This document shows positions 38,659 to 47,327 of a stretch of 64,000 bases of DNA, in pieces. The stretch spans positions 32,001 through 96,000 of the forward strand of contig JBEIJY010000004.1 of NCBI GenBank assembly GCA_040380025.1, in the 5' to 3' direction. Position 1 is the stretch's first letter; each line of letters opens with the position of its first letter. Source of the DNA: Bdellovibrionales bacterium. GTDB lineage: Bacteria > Bdellovibrionota > UBA1018 > CAIMNF01. The position numbers and the translations under genes are program-made. The notes beneath the pieces were generated by a model. The model ran no database searches. It had not been told where the DNA came from and saw only the letters and a list, made by a program, of their open reading frames with translations.

Positions 38659-39486
38659 ATGAAGTTGACGAATGAGTCCAAAGTAGGCGCCCTCGTCGCC
38701 GTCACGGCCTTCATCGCCGTTGGCTTTGCGTGGCTTCTCGGGTTCGGGAATCCTTTTGGCGACCGGAATCATTTTTATATCACCTACAACTTCGCCGGAG
38801 GAATCGACCTCGGGTCGCACGTGCGGCTTTCGGGCATCAAGGTTGGAAAGGTCGAAGACATCGAGTTTTTCGCGCCCGCCGCCGGGCAAACCCCTTCGCG
38901 CAAGGAACCCGGTTCGGCCGATCGCGATCAGGGTCTGGCTCTCGCTCCCGTGCGGGTGAAGATCTCGGTCAAGAAGGCGGCGCTTCCCGGCATTCGCAAG
39001 AACTCGAATTTTTATATCAATCTTGCGGGCCTCATCGGCGAGCGCTACATCGAGATCACTCCCGGCACGGTCGATTCTCCGCCGCTTGCACCGGGCGAGA
39101 CCATCGCGGGAACCGATCCTCCGCGCATTGATCAGCTGATCTCGCAGAGCTTCAACCTTGCCGGAAAAATCCAGGAAGTGATCGAACGGAACAAGGGCGA
39201 TCTGACCCGCTCGATCGAGCTTCTGTACAAGCTGAGCGCCAACCTGAACCGTACGCTCGAGAAGGTGGACCAAAGCCAAGTGCTCTCGAAAGACCTGGGC
39301 CAGCTGATCTCAAACCTGATGGAATTGACCTCGGACATCCGCGAGATCACGAAGAACACCCGTTCGCCCGAAGGGCAAAAAACGATGAAGCTCCTGCATG
39401 ACCTTCTTTGGAGGCTCGAGCCGCTTGATTCCCAGCGGATCCGCGAGTTCCTGCAAAAAGAGGGCGTCAAGGTGAAGATCTTTTAA
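38659..39486 (+). CDS. mlaD: MlaD/MCE family protein with helical C-terminal extension
   Basis: ESKVG plus TM helix, GSHVRLSGIKVGKV and GLIGERYIEI motifs. Confidence 0.9.
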   Translation: MKLTNESKVGALVAVTAFIAVGFAWLLGFGNPFGDRNHFYITYNFAGGIDLGSHVRLSGIKVGKVEDIEFFAPAAGQTPSRKEPGSADRDQGLALAPVRVKISVKKAALPGIRKNSNFYINLAGLIGERYIEITPGTVDSPPLAPGETIAGTDPPRIDQLISQSFNLAGKIQEVIERNKGDLTRSIELLYKLSANLNRTLEKVDQSQVLSKDLGQLISNLMELTSDIREITKNTRSPEGQKTMKLLHDLLWRLEPLDSQRIREFLQKEGVKVKIF

Positions 39487-39495
39487 GGAGGCCCG

Positions 39496-40239
39496 ATGCA
39501 GTTCCGATCCGGATTCCTCGGAAAGCAGCTTCCGTTTTTTGCGGGAATCCTTCTTGTGATCCTTGCCATTCGATCCTCGATCATCGAGCCCTTCCGGATT
39601 CCGACGCGCTCGATGCTCCCCACCCTGATGACTGGGGATTTTTTATTTGCGAACAAGCTTCAATACGCGCTCCATGTGCCCTTCAGCGAGATTTTCTCGA
39701 AAACCCCGTGGTACCTCGGGTCTCTGCGCACTCCGGCCCGGGGGGATGTGGTGATCTTCGCCCCGCCCGATACCGCGCAGGAGTCCCTGCACATCAAGCG
39801 CGTGGTGGGACTGCCGGGGGACAAGATTCGCTTTGAGGGGAAAAAGCTCTTTTTGAACGGTGAACCCGTTGCCCGCGAAGAGCTGACCGGCGCCGAGCGC
39901 GATGCGGTTTTGAACCATCCTGGCTTTGACCCCGAGGAGCGATACAACCCCGCGAAGCTCCACCTGTACCGCGAGACCCTGGGGCAGAAGGCTCATTTGA
40001 TTCTCGAGGATGATTCGTTCGAGGGGTTCAAGAACGCCGCCGAGCTGGTGATTCCGGAGAATCAGTTTTTTGTGTTGGGCGACAACCGCGATGACACCCG
40101 CGACAGCCGCGCCTTCGGGCCGGTGTCGATTCATGCGATTCGCGGGCGCGCGTTTGTGATCTGGCTCTCGCACCGGATTTCGTTTTCGGATTCGAAGTGG
40201 TCCTTCCGGCCGGAACGAATCGGGACGATGGTCAAGTAG
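39496..40239 (+). CDS. lepB: Signal peptidase I
   Basis: IPTRSMLPTL, IKRVVGLPGD and GDNRDDTRDSR motifs. Confidence 0.93.
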   Translation: MQFRSGFLGKQLPFFAGILLVILAIRSSIIEPFRIPTRSMLPTLMTGDFLFANKLQYALHVPFSEIFSKTPWYLGSLRTPARGDVVIFAPPDTAQESLHIKRVVGLPGDKIRFEGKKLFLNGEPVAREELTGAERDAVLNHPGFDPEERYNPAKLHLYRETLGQKAHLILEDDSFEGFKNAAELVIPENQFFVLGDNRDDTRDSRAFGPVSIHAIRGRAFVIWLSHRISFSDSKWSFRPERIGTMVK

Positions 40240-40279
40240 CCGAACAGATCCCTTGGATGGTTTCTGATTTTGACTTTGG

Positions 40280-40356
40280 TGGATCAGAAACGATCAAAGT
40301 GAGCGGCTTGGAACGAATTCACCCCCCCTTCTCGATTCGAAGAAGGGAGGGCGAAG
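40280..40356. repeat. 77-bp element with terminator-like hairpin, copy 1 (3' of propeller gene 1)
   Basis: 74/77 identical to 42384-42460; the hairpin pairs best on the minus strand. Confidence 0.9.
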
Positions 40357-40380
40357 AAGAAATTCGGAAGTCAAACCTGG

Positions 40381-42111
40381 TTACGGAGTCTGAGGCGCAA
40401 AATCACCCGACCCGCCAAGAAGCCGGATCAGGAACAGGTCATAAGGGCCTACAACCCAATTATTATAGATCAACGGGTCGTTGCGTAGCTTCCCGTTCCC
40501 CTCTGAAATACTGCCCCAGGTGTATCCAGCGCAAACCACATCCCCCGACACAGGAACCAGTGCGACCGAGGTACAGAAGTCGCTGTTCTGGTTCTGATTC
40601 GCTGGATATTTCCACATCCCGACCGCGGCGTCCCAAACATTGGCGCCCGGGGTGAGAGGAGCGACAGTATTTTGCCCCAGACCGAGCTGTTTGGCCCAAG
40701 CAAATGTACCATTCGGGTTCAGCTTCACGACCATCGGGTCGTGCGCTCCGCCCGAGGCGGGCAGAGTTGAAAACACTCCACGCGTGAAACCAGCGCAATA
40801 CACGCCCCCTGTGGAATCCACAACGATTCCATTGAATCCATCATTGGATGCATTCGCATTCGCAAGGTTCGTTGCTTTGGTGACGGCACCGAACTGCCTG
40901 ACGTAATTCGTGACGCCGGCGTGCGTTAATCGAATCACGAACGCATCTCCTCCGAGACCTACATGGGCTTCAGACATGAATCCCTCGGTTTGACCGGCGC
41001 AATACACTCGATTTGAAGTATCCACGGCAACACTGGTACAAACATCGTCGCTCGCATAGGCACTCGCCGGGAGGCCCGCTGAAAGCCTGGTTCCTGCCCC
41101 GAACTGCCGGATCCAATTCACGGCGCCGGTAGAGGCCGACATCTTCATGATCACGGCATCATCGCCTCCGCCGTTCGTCTCACGCAAATCACCGTCGGTG
41201 CTCCCGGCGCAGTACACGATGCTTGCGCGAACTGTGATTCCGTTGCACTCCTCATTCCCCTGACCGGCCGACGGAAGAAGCCCATTTACAGTTGGCAACG
41301 TGGTCATACCCAGGTGTCTCACCCAATTGGCCTGAAGGTCGGACTTGTTCAAACGCATCACCAAAATATCCTTATAGGCACCATTGCCATAGAGACTCGC
41401 ATTGCGTTCATAGAAGTTTGAAGCGGTGTACCCTCCGACGTAAATATTATTACCAATCACCGCAATCGAATTGCACTGATCGCGTGAGTTGCGACTCGCA
41501 GCCGGGTCAGCTCCCGCAGGAACTGCCGTGTTGGCCCCGAACTGGACTGCCCGCTCGATCATTCCGGTGTCTTTTCGAATCTTCAAAACAAAAATGTCTT
41601 GGTCGCCCGCATTCTGGTCGGCAATCACTCCACGGGTGTACCCGCCGCAATAAACATGGGTCGCATCGACTGCCACACTTGTGCAATGGTCCTCGCCTTG
41701 ATTGGCGACGGCACTGAGGGCAGGACTCAAGCCAGGAACTTTCGTGTTCGCCCCCAACTGCGTCAGCCAAAGAATACTGCCATTCGGAGCGATTTTCATC
41801 ACGAAGGCATCCGCTTTCGAAAAGTTACCTCCCGCGCCGTCCGCGTTTACCCAGGTGGGATCCCCGTTATTTTCTCCCAAAATTCCGTTTGTGCTTCCCG
41901 CGCAGTAGGTGTTCTGATCGGCATCGACTGCAACCGCTCTACAAATTTCTTCGTTTCGATTTGCGAATAATGGCGCTCCCGGCGCCGCCGTTTGGCGCCC
42001 CAACTGCACCGCCCCCCAGGACTGCGCCCGGCTCTCGCTTGCGCCGATCAAGGCACTGGCGACTCCGGCCCAAGCCAACAGTTTTAACGACCGCGTACGT
42101 TCTCGCTTCAT
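40381..42111 (-). CDS. Secreted SBBP-type 7-bladed beta-propeller protein, paralogue 1
   Basis: Signal peptide and seven D.C..VAVD...YCAG.T...D.FV.K...W..Q.G repeats. Confidence 0.85.
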   Translation of the reverse strand: MKRERTRSLKLLAWAGVASALIGASESRAQSWGAVQLGRQTAAPGAPLFANRNEEICRAVAVDADQNTYCAGSTNGILGENNGDPTWVNADGAGGNFSKADAFVMKIAPNGSILWLTQLGANTKVPGLSPALSAVANQGEDHCTSVAVDATHVYCGGYTRGVIADQNAGDQDIFVLKIRKDTGMIERAVQFGANTAVPAGADPAASRNSRDQCNSIAVIGNNIYVGGYTASNFYERNASLYGNGAYKDILVMRLNKSDLQANWVRHLGMTTLPTVNGLLPSAGQGNEECNGITVRASIVYCAGSTDGDLRETNGGGDDAVIMKMSASTGAVNWIRQFGAGTRLSAGLPASAYASDDVCTSVAVDTSNRVYCAGQTEGFMSEAHVGLGGDAFVIRLTHAGVTNYVRQFGAVTKATNLANANASNDGFNGIVVDSTGGVYCAGFTRGVFSTLPASGGAHDPMVVKLNPNGTFAWAKQLGLGQNTVAPLTPGANVWDAAVGMWKYPANQNQNSDFCTSVALVPVSGDVVCAGYTWGSISEGNGKLRNDPLIYNNWVVGPYDLFLIRLLGGSGDFAPQTP

Positions 42112-42126
42112 AAGGGTTCTCCGTTC

Positions 42127-42165
42127 CACTTGATCATCTCAATCTTGATTAATTTAATCAAGTAT
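42127..42165 (-). promoter_or_regulatory. Shared promoter/operator of propeller gene 1
   Basis: TTGATT-17-GATGAT on the minus strand; perfect palindrome CTTGATTAA-T-TTAATCAAG at 42144-42162. Confidence 0.7.
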
Positions 42166-42383
42166 TAGAATGAAAAAAATCGCGAGCTGGCGTGTCCGGG
42201 GTGACATAAAAAGCTCTCCCACACCTTGCGCATGCCTTGAGTGTGCGGATGGGCAAACGGGTTTGGGTGAGAAAAAGGGTTTTACCTCCGAGCCGCGTCC
42301 TGCGGCCTCGCTTTCGCCAGCCTGGCTCGCGAGAGTCGGCAACCCTCTTTTTTATCCGGGAACTCCCTTCCACCAAAGTCTGA

Positions 42384-42460
42384 TGGATCAGAAACGATCA
42401 AAGTGAGCGGCTTGGAACGAATTCGCCCCCCCTTCTCGACTCAAAGAAGGGAGGGCGAAG
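42384..42460. repeat. 77-bp element with terminator-like hairpin, copy 2 (3' of propeller gene 2)
   Basis: 74/77 identical to 40280-40356. Confidence 0.9.
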
Positions 42461-42490
42461 GAATTTTCGTGAATCACCGCGGTCTTGCGA

Positions 42491-44194
42491 TCACTGCGCG
42501 AACGAGCCGTCTGCGCCACGGAGACGGATCAGGAGGGCATCGTCACCGTTACCATTCACCCACATAGGGTTATTGGTCAAACCGTTGATCTCGGTGATCG
42601 TATTATCGGTTTTCCCCGCGCAAACGATATCGCCTCCAGGGGCAACAGCGACCCCGAAGCACCGATCATCATTTCCGGAATTCGGAAAATAATAAGTGGG
42701 ATCTCCACCCGGTGTCGGGGGAGCAACCGTGGTTCTTCCGAGTTGTTTTCCCCAGCCCGGATTTCCCTGAGAATCGAGTTTTGCGACGATGACATCATAA
42801 CTTGTAGAGTTACCTAGCACGCCCTGCCCATATCCGTTCTCCTCCGAAAACACAAAGCCGGTATATCCCGAACAATACACATTGTTTTGAGCATCCACTG
42901 CGACACTCGTGAATCCGTCTTCACGCGAATTTGCCAAGGCGGGAGCATTCGCCGCTCTCGATAGGGCACCGTACTGCCGGACCCAAATTCCCGACAAGTT
43001 CACCCCCGACAACTTCATTACGAAGGCGTCCGAAAGGAAAGAAGGGTAAGTTGGACTCACCCCCGTTCCGTTGGGTTCGGAGAACATTCCCGTTGTGAAT
43101 CCGGCACAGTACACATCACCATTCTGATCAATCGCCACACTGGTGCAAGCGTCCCGACCTCTGTTTGCAAGCGCATTTTGAACCCACTTGGTCGTGGCTC
43201 CATACTGCTTGATCGCTTGTCGAGCGCCGTTCGTGGTGCGAAGTTTCAACACGAACGCATCGTCGAATATCGGGGCCTCGGCCAAGTGACCATTAGTGCC
43301 CCCCACGCAGAAAACGCTCGATCCAACCGCAACTCCATTGCATTCTTCATCTCCTTTGTTCGCACTGACCTGAGGAACATTCGGAGCTCTCGTGAGGTTC
43401 CCGAAATGGGTTACCCAGCTCAAGTTTCCGGTCGATTTCGCTAGCCTCATCACCAATAAGTCCCTGGTGCCGGCCGGACCCACATTCAACTCCTTGAAGC
43501 TTCCGGAGGTGGAACCACCACAAAACACCGAACCGTTCACCAACGAATCGACCGCGATTGACTTGCAAACATCGTCCCCTGCGCGGGATGCTTGAGCGTT
43601 CGCTCCCGGTATGCTCGTAGTGGCACCGAATTGCTTGACCCACTGAATCGCGCCATCACTCGCACTCAACTTCATTACGAACGCATCCTTCCCACCGGCG
43701 TTCGGTTCGGCAATCACCCCCGTGGTGGAACCACCGCAGTAAACAAATCCATTTGCAACCGCAACAGACAAACACGCATCATCCCCAAGATTGGCTTGGG
43801 CAAGGAGCGCAGGGGCTAAGTTCGGAGCCTTGGTGGTTTGACCAAGCTGGATCACCCACTCAATTGTGCCACTCGGAGCGATCTTCATGACAAATGCGTC
43901 ACCCGGTCCCCAGCCGTACCCGTAATAGGGGGCAACTGCAGGAACCGCATTTTGTTCTCCGAGAATTCCTGTGGTGCTTCCGGCACAGTAGGTGTTTCCG
44001 CTCGCATCGACCGCCACCCCATTGCACCGATCAAATCCGATATTCGCATATGGAGAGACTCCTGGCGCCGATGTGAGAGTCCCCAACTGCACCGCCCCCC
44101 AGGACTGCGCCCGAACCTCGCTTGCGCCCATCAGGGCGCTGGCCACACCGGCCCATGCCCAAAATTTTACCGACCGCGTACGTGCTCGCTTCAT
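42491..44194 (-). CDS. Secreted SBBP-type 7-bladed beta-propeller protein, paralogue 2
   Basis: N-terminus very similar to paralogue 1 (MKR.RTRS.K..AWAGVASAL.GASE.RAQSWGAVQLG); seven Cys-containing repeats. Confidence 0.85.
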   Translation of the reverse strand: MKRARTRSVKFWAWAGVASALMGASEVRAQSWGAVQLGTLTSAPGVSPYANIGFDRCNGVAVDASGNTYCAGSTTGILGEQNAVPAVAPYYGYGWGPGDAFVMKIAPSGTIEWVIQLGQTTKAPNLAPALLAQANLGDDACLSVAVANGFVYCGGSTTGVIAEPNAGGKDAFVMKLSASDGAIQWVKQFGATTSIPGANAQASRAGDDVCKSIAVDSLVNGSVFCGGSTSGSFKELNVGPAGTRDLLVMRLAKSTGNLSWVTHFGNLTRAPNVPQVSANKGDEECNGVAVGSSVFCVGGTNGHLAEAPIFDDAFVLKLRTTNGARQAIKQYGATTKWVQNALANRGRDACTSVAIDQNGDVYCAGFTTGMFSEPNGTGVSPTYPSFLSDAFVMKLSGVNLSGIWVRQYGALSRAANAPALANSREDGFTSVAVDAQNNVYCSGYTGFVFSEENGYGQGVLGNSTSYDVIVAKLDSQGNPGWGKQLGRTTVAPPTPGGDPTYYFPNSGNDDRCFGVAVAPGGDIVCAGKTDNTITEINGLTNNPMWVNGNGDDALLIRLRGADGSFAQ

Positions 44195-44210
44195 TGAAGT
44201 TCTCCCATCT

Positions 44211-44249
44211 CACTTGATCATCTCAATCCTGATTTATTTAATCAAGTAA
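44211..44249 (-). promoter_or_regulatory. Shared promoter/operator of propeller gene 2
   Basis: CACTTGATCATCTCAATCCTGATTTATTTAATCAAGTA is nearly identical to 42127-42164. Confidence 0.7.
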
Positions 44250-44299
44250 TAAGATCAAAAACCGTCGCAAGTGTGTCCGGGATGACTCGAATCAGGATT

Positions 44300-45664
44300 T
44301 TACTGTGCGACCGCCTGCTTGATGACCTCAGAATCGGTCACCCGCATGAACTCGAGCTCCACACGGCGGTTTCGGGCGTGGGCGCTTTCGCTCTCGCCCC
44401 GATCGATCGGCTTGGTTTCGCCGTAGCCGATCGCTTTTACCTTTTGGGCAGAAACTCCTCCCTCGATCAGGAGCCTGCGCACTGTCTCGGCCCGACGAAG
44501 CGAAAGATCCATGTTGAACTTGTCTGATCCGCGGGTGTCGGTGTGGCCCGAAACGATCAGCGACTTCCAGGCGCGGTTGTGCTTCGAAAGATACCGACCG
44601 ATGTTTCGAACCCTGCGCTGATGCGGAATCGGCAAATGCGTGTCATTGAAGTCGAACGGCAGATCGTTGAAGCCCATCGAGAGAATCAGCTTCTTCGCCG
44701 GCTTCGGAGCGGCTCGGACCACCGGAGTGGGCTCAGGAGTCGGCTCAGGCGTGGGCTCCGGGGTCGGTTCTGGTGTCGGTTCTGGAGTTGGTTCAGGAGT
44801 CGGCTCAGGTGTGGGCTCCGGGGTCGGTTCGGGAGTTGGTTCGGGGGTTGGCTCAGGTGTGGGCTCCGGGGTCGGCTCGGGAGTCGGCTCGGGCGTGGGC
44901 TGGGGCTTTGCTCCGGCGCGATCGAGATCATACGAGTCGATCTGTTCGTAGTTTTTTTGCTTCGCGGTTGGAGTGTCGTCGTCGCTGAACGCATCAAACC
45001 CGATCTGAAAAAACACCTGAAACTGATTGAATCCCCGCTCGGATGCGCTGATGTTGCTGAGCCAGCGGGCGCCGAGGCGGTATTTTCTCATGCGGTCCCA
45101 TTCGTAGACCGCCTGGACACCCAAAAGTTTCGCATTGTTCGTTTGCTGGAGCGAGGTGGGATCGAGATTCAACCCGTTGTCGGTTCCGAACCAGTAATTG
45201 AACTCCGGTCCGATCTGAAACTTGCGGCTCATCCGCCAGCGGGCCGAAACATCGGCAAATGCAACCTTGGTCCTGGTCGAGATCGTGTCGGTCCCCCGCT
45301 TGCCGCTCGCAGAGAGGTACTGCCAACCCATTCCCCCGTCGAACACGAAATCCTCAAAAATCCCCGAAATCAACCCACGCACTCCACCCGAAAACCCGCT
45401 CCGCGTCTCTTCGTCCGTACGAACGGGCGAGTAGCTTGCCGCTCCGAGATCGAACCCCAAGAACAACCACCAGTGCTTTTGACTCAAATCGGGGTACACG
45501 ACCGGAGCTTCTTCGGCAGGGGCATCCGGCATGATCACGGTCTCGGGGATCAGCTCGGCATTGGCGGCGGGCCTCGACTTGGGTCGCGAAGAACGCCTGG
45601 GTGCGGCTTCGGTCGGGAGAGCGAGAATCAAAGCCAGAACGGCGAGCAGGATCCGTGCGTGCAT
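44300..45664 (-). CDS. OmpA-family protein (beta-barrel, (PEPT)n linker, OmpA_C domain)
   Basis: Signal peptide, barrel strands, and [18 protein letters not shown] and NRRVE motifs. Confidence 0.9.
   Translation of the reverse strand: MHARILLAVLALILALPTEAAPRRSSRPKSRPAANAELIPETVIMPDAPAEEAPVVYPDLSQKHWWLFLGFDLGAASYSPVRTDEETRSGFSGGVRGLISGIFEDFVFDGGMGWQYLSASGKRGTDTISTRTKVAFADVSARWRMSRKFQIGPEFNYWFGTDNGLNLDPTSLQQTNNAKLLGVQAVYEWDRMRKYRLGARWLSNISASERGFNQFQVFFQIGFDAFSDDDTPTAKQKNYEQIDSYDLDRAGAKPQPTPEPTPEPTPEPTPEPTPEPTPEPTPEPTPEPTPEPTPEPTPEPTPEPTPEPTPEPTPVVRAAPKPAKKLILSMGFNDLPFDFNDTHLPIPHQRRVRNIGRYLSKHNRAWKSLIVSGHTDTRGSDKFNMDLSLRRAETVRRLLIEGGVSAQKVKAIGYGETKPIDRGESESAHARNRRVELEFMRVTDSEVIKQAVAQ
44723..44902 (-). 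repeat. 12-bp coding tandem repeat (14 EPTP units)
   Basis: Repeated GG[C/T]TCnGGnGTn units with synonymous variation; higher-order block 44731-44770 resembles 44791-44830. Confidence 0.95.
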
Positions 45665-45710
45665 GACTGAAATTGTAAGGGACAAACCGCGTGCTTGAAA
45701 AGCGCAATCC

Positions 45711-47327
45711 CTAGCGCCGAAGCTCGTCCCGAAGAGCCGACTCCAAAAGCGGCACCCAAGGGGCGCCGTGGTCTTTTCTGGAAAGGTGGAGTGGTTGCCG
45801 GCGCCGGACAAAGTCCTCGACCGTGAGAACCATCTGGTGGCGGACCGCATACCGGAACTGCGCCTCAAGAAACGGAAACCCCTCGGGGTCGGTCGTGTCG
45901 GGCTTGCAGTGGCTTTGATGGATCTCGTAAATCACCAGCGCATCGGATCCGTAGCGTTCCCAGAGCGCATCGGGAATCTTCCAGCCGCGGGCCCGCGCAA
46001 GCTCACGCGCCGACTGCACTTCGCCCGGCATGGCGGGCTCAAAGAGCGGCACGTTCGTGTTCGGTTTTCTTGTCTCGTGTTTTCGGGATCGCGGATCGCG
46101 TGTCGCAAAATTGACGATTTCTTCGGCCATTTTGCGAAATGTCGTGTACTTGCCGCCGGCGACGATCACCGATTCCCCCGGGCCGTCCGCGATCGTGTGC
46201 TCGCGCGAAACGTTCTGAAGCGCTCCACCACCCGCCTCTGCGTCTTTCGCAGGGTTCACAAGGGGGCGGATCCCGATGTAGTGGCTCACCACATCGTTCT
46301 CGTTCAGCCCGAGATCAGGAAAATACTTCGAGAGGAGCTCAAGAAGATACGCCTGGTCGGCGACGATCGCAGCCGACTCGTCTTCGATTCGATCGGGCGG
46401 AAGCGAGCATGGGCCATCGGTCGTACCCACGATCGTGACTCCCGCGCCGAAATCGCGCCTCGGAATCACAAAGGCGATCCGGCCGTCCTCGATTTGCATC
46501 GTGACCGCACCCGGCACCGGAAACCGCTTCCAGTCGAACACCAAATGGAGTCCGCGGCTCGGCGCAAGCCAGTTCCGCCACGCCTGCCCATCGAGGGATT
46601 TTCCGACCTCGTCCGTCCAGGCGCCGGCGCAAACGATGAGTTTGCGAAACCGCGTGCGAATGGTTTTACCCGAGAGCGCATCCTGCAGGGTCATGCCGGT
46701 GATGCGGCCCCCGGAATCACGAGAGGGCTCGACCGCTTTTACTCTTGAGGCAATGCAGGCGCCGTTTTGATGGGCTTTCAAGAGCACATCCAAAACAAGG
46801 GCGTCATCCCACATCGAGGCGTCGAAATATTTGAACGTACAGCGCAGACCCTTCTTTTGAATGCCGGGAATCGAACGCGCCGAGACTCCGGCCGAGAGAC
46901 GCTGATGAAGCCCGGGCGCGCGGAAGAGCGAAAGCAGATCGTAGAACCACATTCCGGCACTCAGAAGGAGCGGCGAATGGGGACTGTTGTCGTACACGGG
47001 CATGTAAAACGAGAGCGGACGAACCAGATGAGGCGCGGACTGCAACAAATACGACCTCTCGCTCAGGGCCTCAAATACAAGTGGAAACTCATAGTGCTCA
47101 AGATACCGAAGCCCGCCGTGCACGAGCTTCGAGGAGCGCGAGGAGGTTCCGTGGGCGAAGTCGTCTTTTTCGACAAGGGCCACTTTATAGCCGCGCGAGG
47201 AGGCATCCCAGGCCACGCCTGCTCCGGTGATTCCGCCTCCGATGACCAAGAAATCGAACTCCTCTTCCGCGAGTCGATCAAGATTTTCGGACCGCGTGGT
47301 GAACGAGAACTCGGGGGTGGCGGTCAT
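45711..47327 (-). CDS. glpD: FAD-dependent glycerol-3-phosphate dehydrogenase/oxidase
   Basis: [27 protein letters not shown] and [12 protein letters not shown] motifs. Confidence 0.93.
   Translation of the reverse strand: MTATPEFSFTTRSENLDRLAEEEFDFLVIGGGITGAGVAWDASSRGYKVALVEKDDFAHGTSSRSSKLVHGGLRYLEHYEFPLVFEALSERSYLLQSAPHLVRPLSFYMPVYDNSPHSPLLLSAGMWFYDLLSLFRAPGLHQRLSAGVSARSIPGIQKKGLRCTFKYFDASMWDDALVLDVLLKAHQNGACIASRVKAVEPSRDSGGRITGMTLQDALSGKTIRTRFRKLIVCAGAWTDEVGKSLDGQAWRNWLAPSRGLHLVFDWKRFPVPGAVTMQIEDGRIAFVIPRRDFGAGVTIVGTTDGPCSLPPDRIEDESAAIVADQAYLLELLSKYFPDLGLNENDVVSHYIGIRPLVNPAKDAEAGGGALQNVSREHTIADGPGESVIVAGGKYTTFRKMAEEIVNFATRDPRSRKHETRKPNTNVPLFEPAMPGEVQSARELARARGWKIPDALWERYGSDALVIYEIHQSHCKPDTTDPEGFPFLEAQFRYAVRHQMVLTVEDFVRRRQPLHLSRKDHGAPWVPLLESALRDELRR

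Noticed and set aside
37759..39279. 506-aa - strand ORF
   Set aside because: Antisense shadow of mlaE and mlaD.
40381..44194. Diversity-generating retroelement or integron explanation for the propeller paralogues
   Set aside because: No reverse transcriptase, TR/VR pair with adenine-specific mismatches, integron integrase or canonical attC ends were seen in the window.
44723..44902. Possible CRISPR array
   Set aside because: 12-bp contiguous coding repeat with no spacers and no cas genes.
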